Positions 22,170 to 35,639 of a DNA stretch of 64,000 nt are shown in pieces; position 1 is the stretch's first letter; every line of letters begins with the position of its first letter. This stretch comes from Azolla caroliniana (taxonomy: Eukaryota; Plantae; Polypodiophyta), in contig JBHGNT010000008.1 of the NCBI GenBank assembly GCA_043228905.1, positions 9,300,001-9,364,000 on the forward strand. Direction: 5' to 3'. The notes below the pieces were generated by a model. That model ran no database searches. It had not been told where the DNA came from and worked only from the letters and a program-made list of their open reading frames with translations. Position numbers and translations under genes: made by a program.

Positions 22170-25100
22170 GGAACTTGAGGGACTGAAGGCCAAGGAGACA
22201 CGAACGCAGCGGAAGTCGATGCCATTGCAGAGGAACCGACGAATCGACAAGTGCCAGAGTCATAGCAGCGAAGGAGCTGAGATGGGCCTATTGAGCAGAC
22301 ATGCCGACTGAGAAGTTCGAGGTGTGCCGAACCAAAGGGGTCGTGGCAAACAGGACCGAACCGGACGAGGAGCGCGAGCAAGGCGGAGCGAGTGCCTTGG
22401 TCGACAATTTGTTTGACCGACACCATGTTCTTGGTGATTTTCAGCATATGCGAGAGATTTCTCATGATTCCACTCTGACCAACATGGCTCAAAGGGACAT
22501 GTTTGATATGTTTGATGGGGCGAGGGGTGTCGCAACTCATCTGGATCCATTTGTTGATCCGAGTCGGCTGTCTCCAACTCGTTCCACCTCTTGTCGGAAT
22601 CGGTATTCTTCGATTCGTCTACCGGTTTCAGACCCTTCACCACATTGGACCATGTCCGTGTCTTGGCCTTGCTTCCATCTTCGGCTTCTTCAGCCGGTTC
22701 ACCGAAGTTGAATTCTGCATTTGACTCCGCATCATGGTCATTACCGCCATGATGACCTCCGCATAGCATGCACTTCTCTTCCTGAGTGCACACTTCTTCT
22801 TCCTTCCGGTTGGCTCGGTCCTTCTTGACTCTAACACCACAGCTGCTTGCTCCGACTTGTTCGGATGTGTCGACTTCCTTCGTCGACTCGGCTTCTTTCT
22901 TCTTCTTGTCTCCCCTTCTTCCGGTTCTTCTCTTACTGACGGGAGATGCTGAACGCCAAGCATGTCGGTAAAGTGCTGCAACTTGTCAGATCCGAGCAGC
23001 TTGGTGAAGATGTCGGCAACTTGCCGATCCGTGTGAACATACCGAAGTTCAACTTCACTGCTCAGGACCTGCTCCCACACAAAATGATAATGCACTTCTA
23101 TGTGCTTCGTGCGAGCATGGAACACAGGATTCTTGGCGAGCTGCATGCTGCTGATGTTATCACAATAAATCGGGATCGGGGTCGGTACCTCGATCCGCAA
23201 GTCTCGCAGCAGTCGCCGAAGCCAAATTGCTTCGCAGGTAGCCACGGTCACGCCCCGGTACTCAGCCTCAGTGCTAGACAAAGCCACTGTTGGCTGCTTT
23301 TTGCTGCTCCACGCAACAACCGCGCTCCCAAGAGAAAACATAAATCCGGAAGTCGATCGGTGATCTGACGCATTGTCGGCCCAGTCAGCATCCGTGTAGG
23401 CGACCGGCTCTTCAGTTATACTTCGCCGGTATAACAGTCCCCGGTCCTTCGTGCCGCTTACATATCGCAATATTCGTTGTGCGCACTGAAGGTGCTCCAC
23501 AATCGGCTTCTGCATGAATTGGCTTATCACTCCGACCGGATAGCTGATGTTGGGTAGGGTGATGGTCAAATATATAAGGCTTCCAACGATTTGTCGGAAC
23601 CGTTTCTCATTGCAGGCCGGTCTGGAGTTGGGATGGAGCTTCTGGTTCCGGTCCAACGGTGTGGAGACAGGTCGGCATTCTGTCATGCCGAACTTGTACA
23701 TCATATTCAACGCGTAATGCCGTTGTGAGAGAAATATGCCGTCGGGGGTGTGGATCACCTCGATCCCTAGGAAGTAATGAAGGTCCCCCAGGTCCTTCAT
23801 CTCAAATGCGTCCGACAACTGGGACTTGATGCGGTTGATTTCCGAAACACCTGGTTCGGTGATGACTAGATCATCAACATACAACAGTATACATACCGAA
23901 CCAGCTGAGCCTTGCCGGATGAACAATGAAGAGTCTGATTTGGAGGCCACAAACCCCATCTTACGCAACCGGTGCGTGATCTTCGCATTCCAAGCTCGAG
24001 GGGCTTGCTTCAGGCCGTACAACGACTTCTTCAGCCGGCATACCGCCAACTTGTTCATCTCTAATTGAAAGACAGGAGGCTGAGTCATAAAGACTTCTTC
24101 TTCAAGATCACCTTGAAGAAATGCACTCTTCACATCCATCTGATGAAGATGCCACCCCCTTGCCGCAACAACTGCCAGCACCACTCGAACCGTCGTCATC
24201 TTTGCTACAGGCTGAGTCATAAAGACTTCTTCTTCAAGATCACCTTGAAGAAATGCACTCTTCACATCCATCTGATGAAGATGCCACCCCCTTGCCGCAG
24301 CAACTGCCAGCACCACTCGAACCGTCGTCATCTTTGCTACAGGCACGAAGGTCTCGTCGTAGTCGATTCCGTGGGTTTGCGCGTATCCCTTCGCCACTAA
24401 CCGGGCCTTGTACCGGCTAACTGAACTGTCGGTGTTGTACTTTAACTTGTACACCCACTTGCATCCGATCGGTTTGCAGTAACGGGGAGGGTCAACCAGG
24501 TTCCATGTCTCGTTGGCATTCAATGCCAGCATTTCTTCCTCCATAGCGGCACACCAATTTGCGTCCTTTGCCGCTTCTGCGTAGCTCTCTGGCTCACGCA
24601 CGTCCGCCACCTTAGTCATGTACACATAGTGATGCGCCATGTACTCATTGTACCCGTACCGCTTGATGGGATCCTTCTGGCAGGTGAACCGGCGTAATTC
24701 ACCGTTGCTCGTATTGAGGCCCTTCTTGCCGGTCCGGTCTTCATTGCCGGTCCGGTCTTCATTGCCGAAGATCCGCCTTTCTCCTTGCTGGATTCGGACG
24801 TACACCGATCCGACTCATCGATGCCGGTTTTGAATTCCGGCATCTTTTTCTTCCCCTTCTCTTTGCGCGTGAACCGTCTCCTCGGTTCCTTGCGCAAGGA
24901 GTGCACGACAAAGTCTCTAATACTCTCCGGTTCCTCATCGGACTGGTCAGATTGACTCAGTCTCTCGTTCGGCCCACTCAACCGGAACGATTCCGAACTC
25001 TCATCCTGAGTCCACGCTTCATCATCCTCTACTTGGGCCGGTTCAGGCTCACTAGCCTCATCCACCGGCATCGGGTCAGATTCGGAAGTTGGAGCCGGTA

Positions 25101-27890
25101 AGAAATACCACGATGTCGATTCATCAACCTTGACATCTCGACTAACTCAGACCTGCTTTGTCCGAGGGTTATAACATTTATAACCCTTTTTCTCTTGAGC
25201 ATAGCCGACTAGGATGCATTTTTCCAATTTTGCATCCAACTTCCTTCGCTTCTCATCCAGTACATGCACATACGCAATGCTACCGAATATCCTAAGGTGT
25301 CAGATTCGGCTTGCGCCCGAAATACAGCTCGTGAGCTGACACCTTATCACCGATCCGGTTTTGGATGTACATAACCGTTTGGATTTCCTCCGCCCAGTAG
25401 AATTTGGGCATGCTCTTCTCCTCCAGCATAGCCCTTGCTGCATCAATAAGCGACCGGTTCTTCCTTTCGGCAACACCGTTATGTTGTGGTGTGTATCTGT
25501 AGCCGAACTCTCGCCGAATTCCCATTTACTACAGATAACTGTTGAATTGGCCGGAAAAGTATTCTTTCCCGCCATCCGACCGCAGGCATTTGATCTTCCT
25601 CTCCGATTCCTGTTCCACCATGCTTTGGAGACTCCGGAAACACTCGAAGACTTCACTCTTCTGCTCGATGAGGTAGATCCATGTGTGCCGCGTATAGTTG
25701 TCGATGAAAGAGACGAAATATCGACTCCCGCCAAGACTAACATTCTGTGCCAGTCTCCACACATCCGAATGGATTAGGTCGAGGTTGTTACAGCTCCGGT
25801 TTCGTTCAGTGGGGAATGGAAGCCGGTGTTGCTTCCCGAGTTGGCAGGCTTCACATACTTGGGCTCTCCGGCCGCTAAACTTTGGCAAACCGAAAACAAC
25901 TTGTTTCGTTTGCAGGTCTTGAAGCCTCCAGTAATTGACGTGGCCTATCCGCTTGTGCCACAAGTCGATGTTTGACTCGACCTTCTGTCCTTTTGCGAAT
26001 AGAGCGGTTCCGACGTCATTGGTGTCGAGGATAAACATCCTCCCGTCTCTGCGCCCTTGTGCAATAACTTCGTCCTCATCCTCAATGAAGCACCCAAGGT
26101 GCGTAAACCACACCTACATCCCCTCATCAACGATCTGTCTAACCGACACCAGGTTATTCGTGATTGTCGGAACATGTAATACGTTCATCAGCTTCCCCTT
26201 CTGTCTAACGTGGCTCAAAGAGACTTCTCCAACATGCACGATTGGGTGAGGAGTGTCCTCTCCGGTTTCGACTACTCCTGGTTGATCCGGTTTCTCTAAC
26301 AAAGAGAACCACTCCTTGTGGCTCGTCATGTGGTTTGACGAGCCGGAATCAACGTACCACACTTCCTCCGATTTGGAAGTGGTCTTCTTCATTGAGTTCG
26401 CCTTGTGCTTCATCACCAAGGCTGGTCCCTTACCGTTCTTGGATCCTCCCTATCTGTTTGCGTAGTGCGAGCTTTGCCGGCCATCCGTGCCGGCCTTGCT
26501 GGATCCGGATTTGTCCGAGTCAACGCGCTTTCTCCAGCACTCGCTTTCTCTGTGACTCTTCTTGCCACAGTACTAGCATTTCGTTGCGGATTTGTTTTGC
26601 TGGCCTCCGTTACCGCATTGACTCCCCCTGCTCCCGAAGGGTCTGGAATTGCTGTCGGCACGATCTCTGTGCTGTCGTTTTGCTCTTGCCGGCCGCCTCC
26701 ATTGTGTGCCGACCCGCCTCGTCCACCACGCCCACGGGACCGATCCACCTCTGTGTACAACATCCAGCTATCAGTGGGTGCGCTAGTTGACGCACAAGCA
26801 TGGTTCTCCTCTACAAGGAGCATCAACTGTAAGTTGAAAAATGACGGCGTATTCTCTCTTGTACAAAACGCTGTCCGAAAGGCTTTGTACTCAGACACCA
26901 GGCCCCCAAGACAGACCTGTACCATCTCGTCTTCGTCTACGGTGACGTTAATAGAGTCTAGCGAGTCACAGATCTCTTTGATCCGGGACGTATAAACCGC
27001 CACCGACATGTCCTTCTGTCAGACATTGCTCAAGTCCTATCGGAGTTGCAACTTCCGGGCTGTAGTGCTTGCGGCGAAAACCTTCTTCAGGTTTCCCCAA
27101 GCCTCCTTTGGCGTCTTGGTGTCTTAGATGTGGCTCAACAACTGGTCTCTGACACTGGACGCGAAGCAGTCAATCACTCTGCTTGCCGATTGTTCCCACG
27201 CTGGGAAATCCTTATGTGCCGCATCAGGTGCTGTTTCGTTCGTTCCTTCCATGAAATTCCAATACCCATGCCCCAGTAGGTATTGATGCATTTTGTATGA
27301 CCAGGATGCGTAATTGCTCCGGTCTAGTTTCTCTGTGGGAAGTGAACTTGCCATACCTCTGTCCATGACTGCTTTTGTGTCTATTCTTGCGACCTGTAAG
27401 GGTTGGCTTTTCAAGGCGAATGTTTACAGCAGAGGTTCTCAACCCTCGTGCTCTGATACCATGAAAACGTATATGTTTGCGGAAGCATTAAAATAGAAAC
27501 ACAGGAAACACAGAGTGAGAGAGAGAGAGAGAGTATGCAGGAGAGACAGACAAAGAGAGCAGAACGTTAATTCAAAATTATATGAAATGTTCTCTGTATC
27601 TACAATGCGCTTACCAGCGCTATTTATACAAGTCCTCATGGGACTGACAGAAGTACCATTTACTTCAATGCTCACACGAGCATCTGGCACTTACTACGAG
27701 ACTATACCTGCCTAGTAGTCTAAACTTAACACTAGGCTGCCGGTTACCGATTGGATCCGGCAAACTGGCTCCCCAGCTCACTGGCTCTGTTGCTTGCCGG
27801 CTCAGTTGCTCACAGTCATACCGATCCGTCTAGCTTACCGACTCAGGCTTATTTAGTTGATTCGGCTCCAGTTGAGCTTGCCGCTCAACA
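22170..27890 (-). mobile_element. Ty1/copia element: 5' LTR 27462-27890, tRNA-iMet PBS, gag-pol pseudogene, rearranged 3' end, no 3' LTR
   Basis: PBS TGGTATCAGAGC (27450-27461). Gag KLDRSNYASW, protease WYVDSG, integrase HSDVW / LRSDGGKEY / NGVAERKNR, RT-RNase H ORF 22637-24805. Several frameshifts and stops. Confidence 0.95.
24077..24344. repeat. In-frame 132-bp tandem duplication inside copia RT
   Basis: PVAKMTT...EEVFMTQ (44 aa) occurs twice; AGGC microhomology at 24077, 24209 and 24341. Confidence 0.92.
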
Positions 27891-28300
27891 CTAAGGATGA
27901 GGCTAGTGAGACTGAGATGCTTCTGGATGAAGAAGAAATCAGAACTCAAGAGGAGAGTTTGGGTTCATTTTGGCTAAGTGTACCAAATGAGAGGCTAAGC
28001 CAAAATGGCTAGCCAGATGAAGAGCTGGCGAGCAGCGAAGACTCGGTCGTGTTGTTCCCATGTCGGAAGCCAAGGAAATGACTTACGCACAAGGAGAAGG
28101 GGAAGATGAAGATGCTAGAATACGATCGGAGTGAATTTGATGCGTCCAGGAGCATAGAAGAACTTGTGGAGATGAGGTCGGAGTCGGCCAAGAGGGCCAT
28201 GAAATCGACGAGCCAGAAATTACGTTGATCCACCCGCCAGAAGACCCCCATAATACGGTACTGGTACAATGAATATATGGCACATCACTATGAATATATG
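27891..28300 (+). mobile_element. Copia integrase-RT linker fragment
   Basis: Homologous in opposite orientation to 24620-25050 (RLTHKEKGKMKM, YNEYMAHHY). Confidence 0.7.
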
Positions 28301-31100
28301 AACCCCTAAGTATTTATATAAGAAGGTAGAGGTATGTATGCTAGCTAGGAATAGAGAATGCATGTATGCAAGCTAGGAATAGAGAATGGATGAGGATGCA
28401 TGCAAGCTAGAAACTTCCAATGTTCAATCTACCATACATGTTGGATTTTATACAAGGATTCATAGATGGATGTAGCTTAGTTGCTAGGGTTGCGCATTGG
28501 ACCCCAAGAGGTCTAGGGTTCAATCCCTACCTTCCACCATGGTGTGGCATATTTCTATAAGACCAAAAATTGAAGTCATCGTCGCCCGCAAACGGGAGTC
28601 AAGGATCTGGTCAACCTCGTACTCCTCCCCTGTCGATAATTCCACGGGTGGTGGTGGAGGTTGTCATCCTGGGAATTCGAGAAGGATGGTATACTTCAAA
28701 GAGAGAGACGTGGAAAACATTGTGAATCCGGAAAGCTGGGGGAAGCGCTAACCAGTATGTGACTTGGTTGATTTGCTCGATAATATGGAAGGTACCTAGA
28801 TTTTTGTAGTGTAGCTTCGCACAAGGACGAGTGATGGTGATGTGGTGGCGTAGCAACCAAACAATGTCACCGACTGCAAAGTTTAGTGCAGCCAAGAGAT
28901 GACGGTTAGTATGATCCTTATACTGTATGCTTGCGACACAGAGCTCAAGGGAGAGGTCACGATGGACATCTTGTAAAGTGCAGGCACGCATCTCTGCTGA
29001 CGGATTGACGGAAATCCCTGGAATGGAAATGTTGAAACAAGGGTGGAACCCATAGTTTGCAAAGAATGGGGAAACCTTAGTTGAGGCATGGATACTATTA
29101 TTGTAGGAAAATTTTGACATGGCAAGGAAGTCCACCCAATCCTCTTGTCGGTAGCTTACTGTACACCAGAGGTATTGTTTGAGGATTTGGTTGACTCTTT
29201 TGGTTTGGCCATCAATTTGAGGGTGGTACACTATTGACAAGTTCACAGAAGTCTCGAATGTTTGAAGAAGTCGTCGCCAGAAGTGGGAGATAAATTGAGA
29301 ACCTCGATCAGAGATGACATTTGGGGGTAAGCCGTGTAGATGAACAACATTTTTCAGAAAAAGATCCACCGTCTCCTTCCCCGAAATGGTTTTTGAGCAT
29401 GGGACAAAGTGAGCCATCTTCGAAAACCGATTGACGATCACTAGCACTGTGTCATGGCCAACAACGTGAGGGAGGTCAGTTATAAAGCCCATCGAGAGAG
29501 AGGCCTAGGGTTGACTGGTAAGCGGAAACGGGTGGAGAAGACTGTATGGATGATGGTGAGCGGCTTTGGAGCGGGCACAGACGTCACACGTCTTGATAAA
29601 TTCTTTGAAAAATTTCCAAGGTTGTGGCCACCAAAACCCGTGAGATAGCAACTCGAGTGTTTTCGCGACCCCAAAGTGGCCGGTAAGAGGGTCATCGTGG
29701 CAATTTTGTAGGACTTGAGTGCGACATGCTCTAGCTGGTACATAAAGGAGATGATTATGATAGAGTAGCCCATCCAGAGTTGTAAAGTGACTAAGGTCTG
29801 AGCTTTGCATTCCTTGGGATGGGTCGTTGATGCACGCTAGGATGTCGGTAGCGAATAGGAATCCTCATGCGGCATGTAGGATGTGAACATTTGGAGTTGA
29901 TCAATCCACAATAAACAATGTGAATGTTGAAAATACGCGTCCTCATCTGAGAGAGGGCATCCGCTTTCTCATGTTGAACGCCAGGTTGAAACAAGATTTC
30001 AAAGTCGTAGTTGGTGAGAAAAGATGACCAACGAGCCTGCCTCTGATTCAATGTATGAGTGGTGGTGAAGTAGATGAGATTCTTGTGGTCGTTCCGCACT
30101 TGGATACGATGTTGGGCCCCAACAAGATAGGGTCTCCATTCAACGAAAGTAGCTCTAGATGATAGTTGCAAGCTTCTTGTCGTAGACTGGATAATTGATT
30201 TTCGAGGCTGTAAACTTCCAGGAGTAGAAGGCAACCAAATGTAGTGTGCCGTCGTCGTCTGGCTGGGATAGAACCACGCCAATGGCGAAGTTGGATGCAT
30301 CTATTTTAACCTGGAAGGGTCTCTTGGTGTCTGGGTGAACCAACATTGGGGTTGAGAGAAAAGATGCTTAGAGGGTCTCAAAAGCATTGTGTGCCGCGGG
30401 GGTCTAGAGAAATGGAGTATCTTTTCGAGTAAGTTGGATAAGAGGAAACCTATCTATAAATCTTCTATAGAAATTTGCAAAACCAAGAAATGATTGTACG
30501 TCTTTCAAGAGAGTCGAAAGAGGCCAATCGTTGATTGCTGCTACCTTGCGGTTATCCATTGTGATCCCGGTGGATGACATCATGTAACCCAGGAATTCGT
30601 CTGAGGTTTGATCCAATTCACACTTCTCACTTTTGGCGTAAAGCCCATATTCCCAAAGTTTGGTTAGAACCATCCAGAAGTGTTGTGTGTGCTCGTCAAA
30701 ATTGGAAGAAAAAACTAGGATGTCGTCAAGGTAGATTACCACAAAGTGATCGAGGTACTCTCGAAATATATTGTTCATCATGTGCTGGAAGATTGTTGGG
30801 GCATTGGTAAGGCCGAAAGGCATCCCTTTGTACTCGAAATGCTCATAGCATGTCCAAAAGGCCACTTTCCACTTGTCCCCAGGCTTGATGTGCACGAGAT
30901 TGTAGGCTCCTCGCAGGTTGATTTTGGAGAAGATATGACCGATTCAGAGTCGATCAAGGAGCGTTGGAATTAAGGGCAAGAGATAACGATTATGCACCAT
31001 AATTTTGTTGAGACCCCCATAATCCACACATAGGCGTAATGAGTCGTCATTTTTCTTGACAAATAAATTTGGGGCTCGAACCGGTGACTTGGAAGGTCGA
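28300..31100 (-). mobile_element. Chromovirus-type Ty3/gypsy pol pseudogene (RT, RNase H, integrase, chromodomain remnant) with partial 3' LTR
   Basis: LRLCVDY, MPFGLTNAP, YLDDIL, DASNFAIG, HDDPLTGHFG...CDVC, HPQIDGQT and IHNVFHVSL motifs, in RT-RH-INT order. Confidence 0.92.
28467..28539 (+). other. tRNA-derived sequence at a gypsy LTR terminus
   Basis: TAGCTTAGTTG A-box-like, TAGGGTTCAATCCCTA T-arm hairpin, ends ...TTCCACCA. Homologous to 1813-1883. Confidence 0.6.
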
Positions 31101-31230
31101 ATGCCGGTTTCTCCAAAGTTGAGAACCACTCCTTGTGGTTTGTCATATGTTTCGATGCTCCAGAATCCACATATCCAACCTCGTTCGGCTTCATGGCACG
31201 TACTCCCATTTGATTGGCTTCGTGCTAACA

Positions 31231-34200
31231 TGTAGCTAAAATGGCCATAGTTATTTAGCTATTTGCGTACCTAAATTTTTGTGGGAAAATCTTAAGGATC
31301 ATTTACGATTTTTTTTTGCTTTATTAATTAAATACATGCCATTTATTATGGTGAATAGGTGATATGGGAATACTCAAAATTTTGAACTTGGATTTCTTAT
31401 GTAGTGGAACATGGGGAACGATGCTCTCATCTAAACTCAACTTGAATGTCACCAAAGTCCTACTAATCTTGAGGTTTAGTTCAAAATCCAAATAGATTGA
31501 GTACTCTGAGCACGAACGCAGACAAGCTCCCGCAGCAACATAAAATCTCTGATATCGACATTCCACCTTCAGAGCACCAACATAACACTAGTTCTCTCCT
31601 CATCAAGGTATGCATCAGTTACACATTACATGCTTTCAAAAATCTTGTTTTTTTCCCTTTATTGTAATTGTTTTGCCTGTTCATCTTTTATTGTAAACAA
31701 TTAGGGTGAAATCGTTGGAGTCCTAGACAAGGATGTCACTAAAATCGGGGTCTAGTAGGTGTCTTTCTAATTGTCAAAATTTCCGATTTCTCATGAAGCT
31801 AAAATTTGGATTAGGGTTTAGGGTTCATAGAATCAAATTAGATTGTCAAAGTTTTTTATTAGGGTTGATTTTATACATATTTCAGATTACGGTTGATTTC
31901 GGATTACGGTTGAAAATATCTTAATTAGGGTTGAAAATTTTCATCAATACACATTTCTAATTACACTATCTATCTGTTTGTAATTTTCCCCCAAACTTGA
32001 CTTCTATTTAGGGTTTCTGATTTTTTATTAGTTTTGATTTCTGATGAAGGTTGAAAATCTCTGATTTACGGTTGATTTCATACACATTTTTGATGAGGGT
32101 TTAAAATTTCTGATTAGCGTTGAAATTTTGCATCAATACACATTTCCGATTACAATGTCTATTTGCCTATAAATTTCCCCCAAACTTGATTTCTCATTAC
32201 GGTTTCTGATTTCTGATTATAAGGTGAAGTTGAAGCATGTACGATCGGAGTTGTATGACGACTGCATGAGGCTCCACCAAAAAGTACATCAAGAGATCTT
32301 GGTCAACAATGAATTGTCCATTGCATTCGCCAGAGCCTTTGCCTCGAGTATTGCAAAAAAACGAAGGAAGCAACTAACCCTTAAATGTACAGTGTTGGCC
32401 AGAGCACATGACCAAGTGGGAAAGGGGTGGAAAACGGTTATGGGCTTTATTGAAAGCGAACGGGACCAAGAGAAATGTAGTAACGGAGCAGAAAATAAAA
32501 ATAGAAAAATATTTAACGATAGTAATGGTTCACGCTCCGTGCATAACTATCCATGATTCCTATAAAACGGGGTCATGGGAAACTTGTAAGGGGGTTGAAT
32601 TATACTGTATCATTTGCGGTTTATAATAGAATTTTGTTGCCTTGATACTTTGAGTTCTATATTGTGTCGTAATTCATCTGTGTTGAGTCTTATGTTCTGT
32701 GTAAACATTTATGTAACCAGTCAATTGTAGCCGGCTCATGTCATTTCCACAGTTGCACAATCATGCTTTGTTCGATTCATATGTGCAGTCCTTATCATTT
32801 GAAGTTCCCAAATGATTCGATGCGGTGTTGCCCCTTCTCCCCGAACACAAGACCTTGAGTCGAATTGGCAAAGGATTGGATATTCAACACCGTGTTATTA
32901 AGTAGGGTAATAGACAGGATAGTTTGGGCTCTTGCAAGTGAGGAGTCGATAGAATGATGCCGGAATATGGGGACCTGCAACAAAAGATGGCGTGATTTTG
33001 GAGCATGGCAGTTGATGATGCAACTACTGACTCCCAGCAAAACCGCAATGAGACACCACACAAAAACAACATGAAAGCAAATGTCAATGATACATGTGAG
33101 AGATTGATCAATGATATGCTGAAAAGTGTTCATGAAGCCTGTGAGACATTGGATGCAACAAAGTCTGCCTTAAAGAAATCAACTTTGGTTGCTGCGATGG
33201 AAAGCAAGGTCATGTTGGTAGTGACAACAATTAGAAACAAGATTCAGGTAGCTATTTTTTTGTAGTATGTTATAAATAACTTGTACATGAAAATGTGCTC
33301 AATGAGGCATTATCTGGAACAGGTTGCTCAACATGAGCTTGATACTAAGGGGCCGCTAGATCTCGAGTGGAAAATAGAGCTACAGTCGGAGATTCCAGTT
33401 CTTTCAATGAACTTGGATCTTCTAAGGGTTAATCATGTCATTGATAACGATGTGAAGAAGCTCGAAGAAAGCTAATGATTCTTGTTTTCTTGTTGTTCAT
33501 TCTTCCCCATTACGGCCAAACTATAGTGTGGTAGAAAAGCACAATAGTGTAGTGGCTAAATAGCTTCATAGAAGTAGCTAAACACCTACAGAGAAAAAGA
33601 AGTAGCTAAAGAGAAGCCTCTAATTAACTGACACATGTTGTTGTAGAACCTCGTGGATTAACTCACTTGCATGAGGTGTCCGGTTGAGATGACGCTACAA
33701 CCGATGAGGAGATATTTGGCAATGTGGCTAAGAGTAAGAGTCCTGCTATCACATCTCCTTCAGATCAGCTTCACCCTATTTGTTTGGAAGATTGTACTAA
33801 ATTAGGCAGCATTGTGAAAAGTAATGAAATACTCGACCCAGCCTATAAATCTGAGGTTTATAACAATAGTGTTTTTGAACACTTCATGCAACATTTCTTC
33901 GACCCCCAAAACCTTGATTCAACCCCACCGAGCCCAACTGCTAATGATATCCCACCAAATTCCACTTTGCTTGAACAGCTAGCACAAGACATGGCTGACA
34001 TGCAAGAAGCTGCTTAGGCGATGGAAAGGTTGTCGGAGGAGGACACACTTGCGCAATGGGTGAAAGAACCAAGGCTAAACGGGAAACCTTCTAGAAAAAG
34101 GTTGAAGAAGGGGCCACGATCGGGTACAAGACCAATTACTCGGTCAAGGGGCTCTTGAATTACTGATTAGTGGGATATGATAATTAGTTATTTTCCTGAG

Positions 34201-35590
34201 AAAATTATCAAGTTTTTTATGATGTGAAATGGACAAGTAAAACCATTATTGGTTGTTGCTTGATCCACATCATGTAATGGAATGCTACGATGAATATTAA
34301 GCTAACAAAATTATTTTGTTGCAGAATATTTCATATTCATAATGTTTTTTTATAAGATTGTTAGCTATTTTGTGAGTGTGAATATGCTGGTGTTTTCTGA
34401 TGTTGCAGAGTCTAAAGGGTTTGAATCTATTGATCCTAAGGCCGATGGCAGTGTGGACATTGTTGATGTTGTTGCATGTTTAGAGGACCCCATTTTGAAA
34501 GTAGATGTAGCAATTGACACAGATGATCTGGTCATGCAAGTAGATCAAACATGTTGCATAGATCATTTGATTTTGTAGGTAGATACAACATGTGATACCA
34601 GTGGGCTGATATCGACCAGAGAAGTATCTACATGCACAAATATGATACCAGGCATGACGACACAATCTACTATACAAGAGCAAGACATGGTGAAGCCACG
34701 CCCAACGACTGCGCAAGAGGAAAACACTGTGAAGCCAGACCCAACGACACAGTCGACCAAGGGTTTGAAGAGGAAAAGGACACCAATTGTGTCAACAGAA
34801 CCTGAGTTGATTGAAATTGATCGTGTGCTACCAGGACTTGTTGTAATACAGTCTCAATTGTAGGAATGGAAACTTAAACCATTAGAAGACAAAAGAAGAT
34901 CCTTGATCTTCGAAGGACGCAAATCAATTTCTGTCATGGGTTGTGCAATACTTTGATTTGTTTATTTGGAGTCAACCCAGGAGATCCGGATGAGGCCAAA
35001 GGCCAACAGAGTTTTATCAACTGGGCCTCGACTACATCAACTACACAAACGTAGGCGAACCGAGCTCCTACAAGTAAGCCATAGTCACGCCTGACGTCGA
35101 CACATTCTAGAAGCCATAAAATCCAAGATGAACTCGATTCATTAGAATCAGACATGGGAGCTGGTTGAATTACTAGCTAGGAAGGAAGACACTGCCCTCC
35201 AAATTGTCATGAAGGCGCTCCGGCTCTTCTTTGTGCACAGCAGATCGTGATGTGCTGGATCATTTAGTGCTCAAGATAGAAAGGGAAGGGGAAGGATACT
35301 TACCTCTTTCTTGCAAACCAAAAAGCTTTTTCTATTTCATTACACGCAGAGCTCAACTCGCTCTCGTCAGTTTTCTGTTTTTTGTTCTTACTTCTCTCCT
35401 CTCACTACATTTGTTTTCTTTCTCTCACTCACTTAATTTTTACCTAAGTTATAAATCACTTGCATATGCAACTAATTAGCTGTCAGTAGCTAACTAACTG
35501 TCAGTAGCTAAATAGTTGTGCATAGCTAAATAGTTGTTTCACCTTTATGTCCACTAGTAGCTAATTAGCTAATAGCTACTATATAAGATC
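31231..35590 (+). other. Unclassified degenerate element with probable spliced gene remnants
   Basis: TAGCTA clusters at both ends and near 33560-33610; TTAGGGTT-rich repeats 31700-32220; broken plus-strand ORFs with acidic/coiled composition. No recognisable domain. Confidence 0.3.
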
Positions 35591-35639
35591 TTACTTCTCA
35601 ATAAGCATCACATACCTTTGTTGAGCTTGCATCTCAACA

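Noticed and set aside
31700-32220. Interstitial telomere
   Set aside because: Only scattered, degenerate TTAGGGTT units, at most two in tandem.
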